This document shows positions 28,537 to 36,696 of a stretch of 64,000 bases of DNA, one piece after another; within the stretch, counting starts at the first letter, position 1; every line of letters starts with the position of its first letter. Both the position numbers and the translations under genes were made by a program. The DNA comes from Pseudomonadota bacterium (GTDB taxonomy: Bacteria > Myxococcota_A > Polyangia > Fen-1088): contig JADGRC010000073.1 of the NCBI GenBank assembly GCA_017881245.1, forward strand, positions 2,500-66,499. The letters run 5' to 3'. Under the pieces are notes generated by a model. The model worked only from the letters and a program-made list of their open reading frames with translations. It searched no databases and was not told the origin of the DNA.

Positions 28537-30609
28537 TCAAGCGATCCAGCAGTGTGCCTTCATCAAGGGCTGCGTCGTTCCCGCAGCCGACGGATAACAA
28601 TAGTTGCCCAACGCGCGGAGCACGCATTCCACCAGGCCATCCGGGGCCACGCCGCCATCCACAAGGGTCAGCGCGACGGGGACCCCGGCGTCGTCGAACG
28701 TGACCTGAATCGGTTCTCTTGAGATAAAGCAACAGTCAAATGGAACCGCGGGCGACGGATCCTCGGTGGGCGTTCTTCCTCCATCACCACAGAGCGACGA
28801 CAACGCGTCCAACGCAGTCGGGGTCGCAGGAGCCCGATCGCCGACCAGAACCAGCGCGTCGAGCGAAGACCGTCCGGTATCGGCGCTAGGCGCGAGATCC
28901 ACGCCGGCGGCGGCGTCGAAATTCGCGGACACGGCGCGCCCGTGATCGCAGGCGGCCAGCATCATGGACAGCGCAACACCCGACAGCAGACTTCCGCGTC
29001 GGTGCGCGTGCACGGGCGTGCCACGAGCTTGCGACACGGCCGTCTCGATGTCGCGCAGTGCGCGGGCGCATGAGGCGCGCAGCTCATTGTCGAGCGCTCC
29101 CACACCATCGCGCTCCGCGGCGATAAAGTCGGCCACCAACTGGCGATTTAGCGTCCGCGCCGCCGCGGCCGCTCCCCTCAGCACACGAACCTGATCGGTG
29201 TTCCAACGTCGAGTCACGTCGCGGTACGTCTCGGTGGCGGTTGCGATATCAGCGCCCGGAACCAGGCGACGTGCGATTCCCAGGTTGTATCCCAGGTCAT
29301 AAAGGGCGATGGGAACGGAGTACTCCTCCAACCGGGTGGGAAAAGCGGTGACCGCATCGGCGAGAAGCGCGGTCCGCGGATCCTCGAAGCGGTAGCGACG
29401 CAGCAGCATTCCCCCTTCCAGCAAGCCGCGGGCCTGGACGCGATTGAAATACGAGCTGCCCTTTCGGACGTCGAGGGGCAACAAGTGAACGGGAGCATGG
29501 CGAACGTCGCCGAGCGCGTCGATCTCCTTTTCGAGCGAAGCGAACGTGAAGGTCGGTCCCAAGATCAGAGCGTTACAGACCGAAAAGACGCCCGCGCCCG
29601 CCAGACGGGCGAGCGCCAGCGGGCCCGCATGATGAGAGGCATTGCGCCCCAGAGCCACCAGTTGCCGACCGGAGTACCCGTCGATGCCGACGTAGGCACG
29701 GACCAGCCCCAGATCGACAAGGGCGGACACCACCTCGTCCGTGCAAACGTCCGCGCGCATTTGCAGCGAGAACGCGATGCGGTCGACAGCGCGGGCACGG
29801 AGCGCCGTCGACAGCGCGCGGCACCAAGCGTGGGCCGCCTCGGGTTCCATGGGCAGAAGATTGTCGTCCATGAAATTGAACGCGCGGACATTGTGCCCGT
29901 GATAGAGCCGAGCCATCTCGTCGGCCAATTCAGTGGTGGCCTGACGCGCGTAACGTGGGCCGCCGGCAGCCTCGGCGGCATCGCTCACGCCAGCGACGCA
30001 GCAGTAGGAACAGTGGGCTTCGCACCCGCGGCTGCCGACCATGTCGGCGGCCGGAAACCCAAGATGTACCGGCATCGGCGACTGCGGGTCGGTTGGGTCA
30101 GAGACCCCGCTGCCGGTCACAATTGCGTCCACCACGGCAGGAGCACCCCGACGCACGTCCCCGGCGAGGTCCCGAAACACCACGCCCGGTACTTCCTCCA
30201 GAACGGTCTGGTCGAGACGTCGCTCGGGACGCTCCCGCAGGAGCGCCGCAAGGGCGGGCTCGCCCGCGAACCGCACAACCACGTCAATGGCGGTGACTTC
30301 GCGCAACAGATCCTCCGCGTTCAGAGTAGCGAAGTGACCGCCCACCACGATCTGTCCCTCGTACCCACGCAGGCGCAACATCTCGACCAACGTCGCCGAC
30401 GCCAGCGCGGATTCACCCGTTTGCATGGACACGCCACAGATTCTCGGGCTGGCCTTCATGACCGCCCCGATGACGGCCTCGATGTCCACGAAGCCGCCAA
30501 AAGGAAGGATCTCGGCGCCAAACCCCGCCAGCCTCACGGCTGCCGCCAATCGCCCGAGCGTGTGGTTCTGGACCTGCGGCAAGATCAAGCCAATAAGCGC
30601 AACGTCCAT
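28537..30609 (-). CDS. Cobalamin-binding radical SAM protein with C-terminal membrane/exported extension
   Basis: B12 domain (IVVGGHFAT, DVVVRFAGE), SRGCEAHCSYC, FMDDNL; hydrophobic LAAC segment and Cys-containing tail. Confidence 0.88.
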   Translation of the reverse strand: MDVALIGLILPQVQNHTLGRLAAAVRLAGFGAEILPFGGFVDIEAVIGAVMKASPRICGVSMQTGESALASATLVEMLRLRGYEGQIVVGGHFATLNAEDLLREVTAIDVVVRFAGEPALAALLRERPERRLDQTVLEEVPGVVFRDLAGDVRRGAPAVVDAIVTGSGVSDPTDPQSPMPVHLGFPAADMVGSRGCEAHCSYCCVAGVSDAAEAAGGPRYARQATTELADEMARLYHGHNVRAFNFMDDNLLPMEPEAAHAWCRALSTALRARAVDRIAFSLQMRADVCTDEVVSALVDLGLVRAYVGIDGYSGRQLVALGRNASHHAGPLALARLAGAGVFSVCNALILGPTFTFASLEKEIDALGDVRHAPVHLLPLDVRKGSSYFNRVQARGLLEGGMLLRRYRFEDPRTALLADAVTAFPTRLEEYSVPIALYDLGYNLGIARRLVPGADIATATETYRDVTRRWNTDQVRVLRGAAAAARTLNRQLVADFIAAERDGVGALDNELRASCARALRDIETAVSQARGTPVHAHRRGSLLSGVALSMMLAACDHGRAVSANFDAAAGVDLAPSADTGRSSLDALVLVGDRAPATPTALDALSSLCGDGGRTPTEDPSPAVPFDCCFISREPIQVTFDDAGVPVALTLVDGGVAPDGLVECVLRALGNYCYPSAAGTTQPLMKAHCWIA

Positions 30610-30808
30610 GTTAACCCCCGGGGTGGTTGGTTCGGTCCGGCCCGCTCGTCACCGTTCGCCCCTTCTGTGGCGGCATAACGATAGTAGCCAAATTCCCACT
30701 CGCCTGGTGCCTCCTCGCAACAGATACTCCGGACGGACTCCCCGAACACGGTGGAGCGCGCAGCGGCGGAAGAGGCTTGATTCAGGACAGCGTCGGTTTC
30801 ACCTCGGG

Positions 30809-31231
30809 TTAGCTGCGTCTTGGTCGATCGGCGAGTCGGACGACAAAACGCAGGCCCGACCAGACGTCGTCGATCGCGCAGACTTTGTTGTCGACCAGGC
30901 CCGTCCCAAGACCGATCGCGCGCACGCTTGCTTCGGTCAAGTCCGTGGCGACTCCCGATAGCCTCTTCGGCCACGAGATCCACAAACCCCCGGCGAAGTC
31001 CAACTTCTCACGAAGGGAGGCGAGGCCCGTCTCAAGGTCGCGGGTGCTTCGCGCGAAGAACACGATGACGTCGAAAGGACCGTTTCGCCTTTTCGCATCG
31101 ACGGTGGTGACGCCTTCCGGCAACTCGCCCAGCGTCGCCAAAAAGTTGGAGGGCGCTCCCGCGAGTCCCAAGCGCGAACCTGCCTTGAGCCCCAATTTGC
31201 GCGGCAGAGGCGTTCCCGAGTAACCGGCCAT
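30809..31231 (-). CDS. DUF3052-like protein
   Basis: MAGYSGTPLPRKLGLK, LWISWPK, GLVDNKVCAID..WSGLRF. Confidence 0.85.
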   Translation of the reverse strand: MAGYSGTPLPRKLGLKAGSRLGLAGAPSNFLATLGELPEGVTTVDAKRRNGPFDVIVFFARSTRDLETGLASLREKLDFAGGLWISWPKRLSGVATDLTEASVRAIGLGTGLVDNKVCAIDDVWSGLRFVVRLADRPRRS

Positions 31232-31241
31232 CGGTGCGCGA

Positions 31242-31670
31242 CTACTTGTTTAGGACGGCGACGGTCAACCGACTGACGCAGATGAGCGCGCCGGCGTCTT
31301 CCGACTCGATCCGAATGTCCCAGACGTGCGTTCGCCTGCCAAGGTGAATGGGGCGAACGGTCCCAACGACGAAGCCACTTTTGATGCCCTTCACATGATT
31401 CGCGTTGATTTCGATGCCCACCATGCTTTCGGTCTCGGGATTGATCCGGAGCATCGACGCGTAACTGCCGAGCGTCTCCGCCAGGACGCAGGACGCGCCC
31501 CCGTGAAGGAGCCCGAGCGGCATCCGCGTCCGCTCGTCGACGGGCATGCGCGCGCGGAGAAAGTCCGCGCCAACCTCCACGATCTCGATCCCCATCAACG
31601 TGGCCAGGTGCGCCGGCCCGTCGACCATCGCCTTGAATTCCGAAAGCCCGATCTCCTTGAACCAGATCAT
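31242..31670 (-). CDS. Hotdog-fold (PaaI/MenI-like) thioesterase
   Basis: GLLHGGASCVLAETLGS, GIEINANH. Confidence 0.92.
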   Translation of the reverse strand: MIWFKEIGLSEFKAMVDGPAHLATLMGIEIVEVGADFLRARMPVDERTRMPLGLLHGGASCVLAETLGSYASMLRINPETESMVGIEINANHVKGIKSGFVVGTVRPIHLGRRTHVWDIRIESEDAGALICVSRLTVAVLNK

Positions 31671-31727
31671 GTGACTTCTGCCTTCCATGCTTCCATTCGC
31701 GCGCAAACGGCGCCCCTGGTCCGGTCG

Positions 31728-33623
31728 TCAGGGGTTGGTGGGTGTATCCGAAACCGGAGGTGACAGCTGAATCGTTCCGGGTGGAAGCTGATCAATTCCC
31801 TGCGACAAACTGCGCACGCGCTTGGCGCTTTCCTTGAAAACATCGCGAGAGCTTGCACCCAACCCGTGGGATTTGCCGCCGGCCGCGCGCTCGGAGTGCG
31901 TCACGACACGATCCCGGGTCGGCTCCGGCTTGGGCGTCGCTGGTGATTCCGCGCGCGGGGCGACGGGGGGTACCGTCGGCGCAACCGTTGGCGTTACCGA
32001 CGCCGGGGGTGCTTCGATTCCTGCGGGAGTGGTGGCGGGCGCCACGGGCGGCGATGCGGCGGTGCGCGCTGATGACTTGTGGGGGGGGGCTGAGGTTCCC
32101 GACGGGGACACCGGCAGCGCCCCAGGCGCCGGTACGACGGGAGGCGCAGGCGCCGCGGGAACGGCCGCCCGCGTGGCAGGCTTTTCGGTTCCCGACATCT
32201 CCAGCGCCCCCAGCACCTGGTCCAGCCAACCAAAGTGCCGAGCGGCCGCGTAGCCTCCCCCGCCCAGCAGCAACAGCACCAGGAACGTAGGCAGTGCCCT
32301 GCTCTTCTTCCTCCGGAATCGCTCGGGCGGCGCGTCGTCCGCCGCCCCTTCGGGAATGGACAGTTCCTCGATGAGACGTCGCGATGAGCGCTGTGGCGTC
32401 ATTACGCGTCCCCTGGCTTCCAGGTCCAATTCCACGCGCTCCACGACACGTCGGCCTGAGCGCGCGACGCCCAGCTCTTGGCCGACCGCCGACTCGTTTG
32501 TCGCGCGCCCGAGATCGACCGTGCGACGGGTCAACCGTGGACCGGATCCCTCGACCGCCGTGAACTCGGCGAGATCCGTTCGCTCGGCGGCCAGATCGTC
32601 TTCGTGCGCGTCCCCCAGAACCACCGCGTTGCCTTCGAGCAATTCGCCGCCACTTCGCGACGCTGTATCGTCGACGACGGGCTGGCCGCGTCCGATGGGC
32701 GGGACGCCGTCCCGTCGACCAAGCTCAGCCAAGTACTGCTTCAGCTCGGTTTGCCCGACGCCCCCGTACAACGACCTAAGCAGACGTTCGAGGTCGAGGA
32801 GCATTTCATCCGCCGTCTGATAGCGCTCGTCGGGCGAAAATCTCATGGCCCGCGTGATCACGCTACCGAGCTCCGGTCCCAAATCGGGACGCGCGCGCCC
32901 CGGTGCCTTGAAGTCGGCACGCTGGACCCGCAAAAGGGTCTCGAGATCCGTCGATGCGTCGAACGGACGCTCGCCCACCGACACGACGTACAGCAACGTG
33001 CCCAAAGAGAAGACATCGGACCGACAATCGATCGGTTTGCCGAGGCCCTGTTCGGGGGACATGAAGGCGACCTTACCTTTGACCACGCCGGTCCCCGTGT
33101 GTTCCCGCTTGTTCATCGCCTTGGCGATGCCGAAGTCCGCGAGCTTCACCTCGCCATGCTCGCTTATTAGAACGTTGTTTGGGCTCACGTCGCGATGAAC
33201 AATCCCCAGCGGCACCCCGTCGGGACCGCGCTTGGCATGAGCGTACGCGAGCGCCCGACACACCTCGGTCACCACGAAAAGGCCAAGGCCGGGGGGCAAC
33301 CGAAACCCCGTGGCCTTTCCGCGCTGGAGCACATGGCCGAGATCCCATCCGTCTATGAGCTCCAGGACCAGAAAATATCGCCCCCCCGCGAGTCCCAGAT
33401 CCAGCACCTGCACAATGTTGCTGTGCGTGAGGCTCATCGAAATGTGAGCCTCGTCGATCAGCATGTTGCGGAACTGCGGATCCGAGTAAACCGAGCCGAG
33501 GATTCGCTTGAGCACGACGGGCTTTTGAAAGCCTTCATGCCCTTGCTGTGATGCCAAGAAAATCTCGGCCATTCCGCCGTTGGCGAGTTTACGAACGACG
33601 GTGTAGCGGCCGTGCTGTGCCAT
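31728..33623 (-). CDS. Membrane-anchored Ser/Thr protein kinase
   Basis: GGMAEIF, HRDVSPNN, ADFGIAK, KGKVAFMSPEQ; TM helix and Pro-rich tail. Confidence 0.95.
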   Translation of the reverse strand: MAQHGRYTVVRKLANGGMAEIFLASQQGHEGFQKPVVLKRILGSVYSDPQFRNMLIDEAHISMSLTHSNIVQVLDLGLAGGRYFLVLELIDGWDLGHVLQRGKATGFRLPPGLGLFVVTEVCRALAYAHAKRGPDGVPLGIVHRDVSPNNVLISEHGEVKLADFGIAKAMNKREHTGTGVVKGKVAFMSPEQGLGKPIDCRSDVFSLGTLLYVVSVGERPFDASTDLETLLRVQRADFKAPGRARPDLGPELGSVITRAMRFSPDERYQTADEMLLDLERLLRSLYGGVGQTELKQYLAELGRRDGVPPIGRGQPVVDDTASRSGGELLEGNAVVLGDAHEDDLAAERTDLAEFTAVEGSGPRLTRRTVDLGRATNESAVGQELGVARSGRRVVERVELDLEARGRVMTPQRSSRRLIEELSIPEGAADDAPPERFRRKKSRALPTFLVLLLLGGGGYAAARHFGWLDQVLGALEMSGTEKPATRAAVPAAPAPPVVPAPGALPVSPSGTSAPPHKSSARTAASPPVAPATTPAGIEAPPASVTPTVAPTVPPVAPRAESPATPKPEPTRDRVVTHSERAAGGKSHGLGASSRDVFKESAKRVRSLSQGIDQLPPGTIQLSPPVSDTPTNP

Positions 33624-33723
33624 GATGAAATTCGCTCGGGAATCTAGCATGGACGGCGGACGAAGCGGCCGTCGCCGGTCGGCGGCAGCCGGCGGCGAAA
33701 CCTGCTCGCCGGACCGCCGTTCG

Positions 33724-36414
33724 TCAGCGCGTACGGCGGCGACGGCCGACGACGAGGACCGCCAGCGCCAACAACACGGAGGACCCGATGCCGGTCGACC
33801 ACGGGCGCCCGTCCGCGACACCGCAGGCACACCCACCTCCCGTGTTCTTGGCCTGCGTTCTCACGTGACCACAGGTGTCGCCGTACTCGCAAAATGGCAA
33901 GTTGTCGGGAGTCTTCACGCAGGTGAAACAGCCGTTGCTGGGGCAGACAACGTTGGCGCAAGGGTCGGGCGTACACTCACCCGTCGCCGGCGCGCAGAAC
34001 GGGCACGTCTTGGCCGCGCACATGTCGGGCTTGCATGTGCCGCTCGTGTAATCGCAGTACTCAACCGGGCCGCACACCACGCCGTGGCAGTTGAAGGGAA
34101 CGCACTGCCCCGCGACACACTTCTCGTTCGCCGCACAAGACGGACAATCGAGGTTCACGCACTTGCCGCCCGAGCAATACTGGCTCCCCTCGCACTGAAC
34201 TCCCGCGCACTTGTCTTTCACGCACTGACGGTTGATGCATAGCTGGCCGGCCGGACAGGCGAGCAGCGAGCTGTTCCCGCAATCCAGGCACGACCCCCGC
34301 ATGCAGGTCTGACCACTCAGGCACGTGACTTTGTAGCAGAGGTCCACGCAGCTGCCGGTGTCGTTGTCGCACTTCTGGTCGGCGCCGCAGTGCACGTTCT
34401 TGCAGCGATTGGGGACGCAGTAGGACTGGATGCAGTCATAACCCGGCGGACACTGAAACTCGCCCGGCCTGCACAAAAGGCCGCATGAGCCTTCGCGGCA
34501 ACCGAAGCCGCTCGGGCACATCGCCATGTTGTCCCCTACTCCGTCGCAGTCGTCGTCCTTCCCGTTGCAGATTTCGGGTTGCGGCAACACGCAACCATCG
34601 CATTGAACACCCTCGACTCCTTTGCAGACCTTCTTGCCGGCGCGACACTGACCGCCGGAATCAACCTGGGCCTGGGTCAGGCCCGGACACAAACACGAGT
34701 CCCCGACCCCCGGAAAAACCCCGTCATCGACCAGGCCGTTGCAGTCGTCGTCCTTCCCGTTGCAGATCTCCGGCATCGGCTGCGACGTCGCGTCGCATAC
34801 GATCTTGCCGCCCACGCACTTCGTTACCCCCTTGGTGCAGCCCTGCCCCTGGATGCCGCAGTCCACGCCGACCCCCTGCGCGGGCCCGAGGCCATCGTCG
34901 ACCAAGCCGTTGCAATCGTCGTCGATGTTGTTGCACACCTCGGTCGCGATCGGAGCCCCGGACAGGTTGCACGTGACGCTCATCTTGTCGGGTGAACACT
35001 CGTAGACACCGATGCGGCGACACGTGCCGGTCAGGCCGTTGTTGCAGGCACCACCCACGTCAAATCCTTCGTCCACGTCGCCATTGCAATTATTGTCGAT
35101 GCCGTCGCAGATCTCGGCCGGGATCGGACAATTGGCGCTCGCGGCGCCCGTACCGCAGGCGTTGGGCGGGAAACCCTCGTCGATCAATCCGTCACAGTCG
35201 TCGTCGATACAGTTCGGTATCTCCACGGCGCAGTGTTTCGGCATCGGGTGTGCCGGGGTGAGGGGGGTGAGGTCCAAAGGACAGGCGTTCTTGACACCCT
35301 CGTCGATTTGCCCGTTGCAATTGTCGTCGACGCCATTGCAGATCTCCGCTGGCGGCACGGTCTCGGCGATGATTCCGACCACCGCCGCCTTGGCCGCGTT
35401 GGCGTCGTTCAGAGACACGCGAATCGCGGCGGTGGTACCCCCGGCGGCCGCAATCCGATCCGCGGCCGCCAGATCGGCGGCCGGAAGGCCATTGTCCGTG
35501 ATCATGTACGTCTTGATCTGCGACGTGCGAAACAATTGGCAGGCCTGCGCCACGGGATGATACGGTTCAAACGCCGCACCTCCCATGCAGGTGGTGAGAC
35601 TGAACGTGTTGTCGGGCGCCGTCGCCACGTCACAGGTGTCGGCACCATCGGTAATTAGGATGACTACGTTCTTGCGGCACATGTTTCGCGGCGGTGGGTC
35701 GTTCGGCTTGACGACGCCATCGAAGTACATGCGGGCGTAGAATAACGACCGCCCGAGCGGTGTGTTCCCTTGCGCGTGAAGTTCCGGATCCGTCACGGCC
35801 CCGTTGGTGATGGGCAACTCCACGTTGTCGATCCACTGATAGATCGCTGGAATATTGGCGTCGGGCGGGTCGAAATTCGCGGCAACCGGCGTGACGCCGG
35901 GCGCCGCGGTCGTGACGCCGACCCTCAAGACCTGTGCCGCCCCCGTGTTGAACCAAGGGCCAAACGTCATCTCGTTGTTGAGGTTGGACGTCATCAGGCA
36001 ACCCGTGGAGTACGCTGCCGCCGGCTGCCGATTCGGAGTCGTGACGGTCTGAGCGGGCGTCACGACATAATGGCCCACCGAGCAGGCGTTGACGTTGAAG
36101 GTGTTTGATACCGTCTGCGGAAACGACATCAAGCCGAAGTTCGCTTCATCAGTGCCCACCTGCGCGAGTGCCGCGCGGAGCGCGCTCTTCAAATTATAGA
36201 TTCGACTGGTGGTGCCCGCGGCCGCCGTGCAGATATTCGTCGCCTCCCCGCGACTGGTCCCCCCCGCGTCCTCTCGCATCGAGCCTGAGGTGTCGAAGAT
36301 GAACATGATGTTCGGTCGCAACGACTGCGCGTTCGCGGCAGAGGCGACCGACGCCAGCAGACCAAACACGATGAGACGAATCGAACCCGAACGAACCACC
36401 TGACGAACCGTCAT
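33724..36414 (-). CDS. Surface protein: vWA domain + six MopE-like Cys/Asp repeats + Cys-rich stalk + MYXO-CTERM
   Basis: DTSGS MIDAS, LITDG; EICNGxDDxCNGxxDxG x6; GGGCAC...LLALAVLVVGRRRR. Confidence 0.88.
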   Translation of the reverse strand: MTVRQVVRSGSIRLIVFGLLASVASAANAQSLRPNIMFIFDTSGSMREDAGGTSRGEATNICTAAAGTTSRIYNLKSALRAALAQVGTDEANFGLMSFPQTVSNTFNVNACSVGHYVVTPAQTVTTPNRQPAAAYSTGCLMTSNLNNEMTFGPWFNTGAAQVLRVGVTTAAPGVTPVAANFDPPDANIPAIYQWIDNVELPITNGAVTDPELHAQGNTPLGRSLFYARMYFDGVVKPNDPPPRNMCRKNVVILITDGADTCDVATAPDNTFSLTTCMGGAAFEPYHPVAQACQLFRTSQIKTYMITDNGLPAADLAAADRIAAAGGTTAAIRVSLNDANAAKAAVVGIIAETVPPAEICNGVDDNCNGQIDEGVKNACPLDLTPLTPAHPMPKHCAVEIPNCIDDDCDGLIDEGFPPNACGTGAASANCPIPAEICDGIDNNCNGDVDEGFDVGGACNNGLTGTCRRIGVYECSPDKMSVTCNLSGAPIATEVCNNIDDDCNGLVDDGLGPAQGVGVDCGIQGQGCTKGVTKCVGGKIVCDATSQPMPEICNGKDDDCNGLVDDGVFPGVGDSCLCPGLTQAQVDSGGQCRAGKKVCKGVEGVQCDGCVLPQPEICNGKDDDCDGVGDNMAMCPSGFGCREGSCGLLCRPGEFQCPPGYDCIQSYCVPNRCKNVHCGADQKCDNDTGSCVDLCYKVTCLSGQTCMRGSCLDCGNSSLLACPAGQLCINRQCVKDKCAGVQCEGSQYCSGGKCVNLDCPSCAANEKCVAGQCVPFNCHGVVCGPVEYCDYTSGTCKPDMCAAKTCPFCAPATGECTPDPCANVVCPSNGCFTCVKTPDNLPFCEYGDTCGHVRTQAKNTGGGCACGVADGRPWSTGIGSSVLLALAVLVVGRRRRTR

Positions 36415-36547
36415 AATTACACCCCGCTCGATCCGAGGCTTGGCCGTTCGGTCGAGAACAAGTCAGATAAGGAATTGCCGACGTGGAAAATCACGATATT
36501 TCTAGAGAACCTCATTTTAGCCGACCCGGAAGGAAAACAGAAGTGCT

Positions 36548-36617
36548 CAAAACCTGATGAGCCTGATGCAGCCGGATGTCCTGAGGGGACCGAAAGCCGG
36601 ATCCCGGAAGCCGGATG
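36548..36617. promoter_or_regulatory. Cluster of five RCCKGAT direct-repeat motifs upstream of the vWA gene
   Basis: CAAAACCTGATG, AGCCTGATG, AGCCGGATG, AGCCGGATC, AGCCGGATG. Confidence 0.5.
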
Positions 36618-36696
36618 ACCCACCCCGCCCCACATCCACGCGACCTTTCGGTCACCGGTCGGCGGCGACGGCGACGCCCGCGCATCCGACCCCGCC

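Noticed and set aside
30610-30808. Cobalamin riboswitch upstream of the B12 radical SAM gene
   Set aside because: No B12-box or GCCACTG core found.
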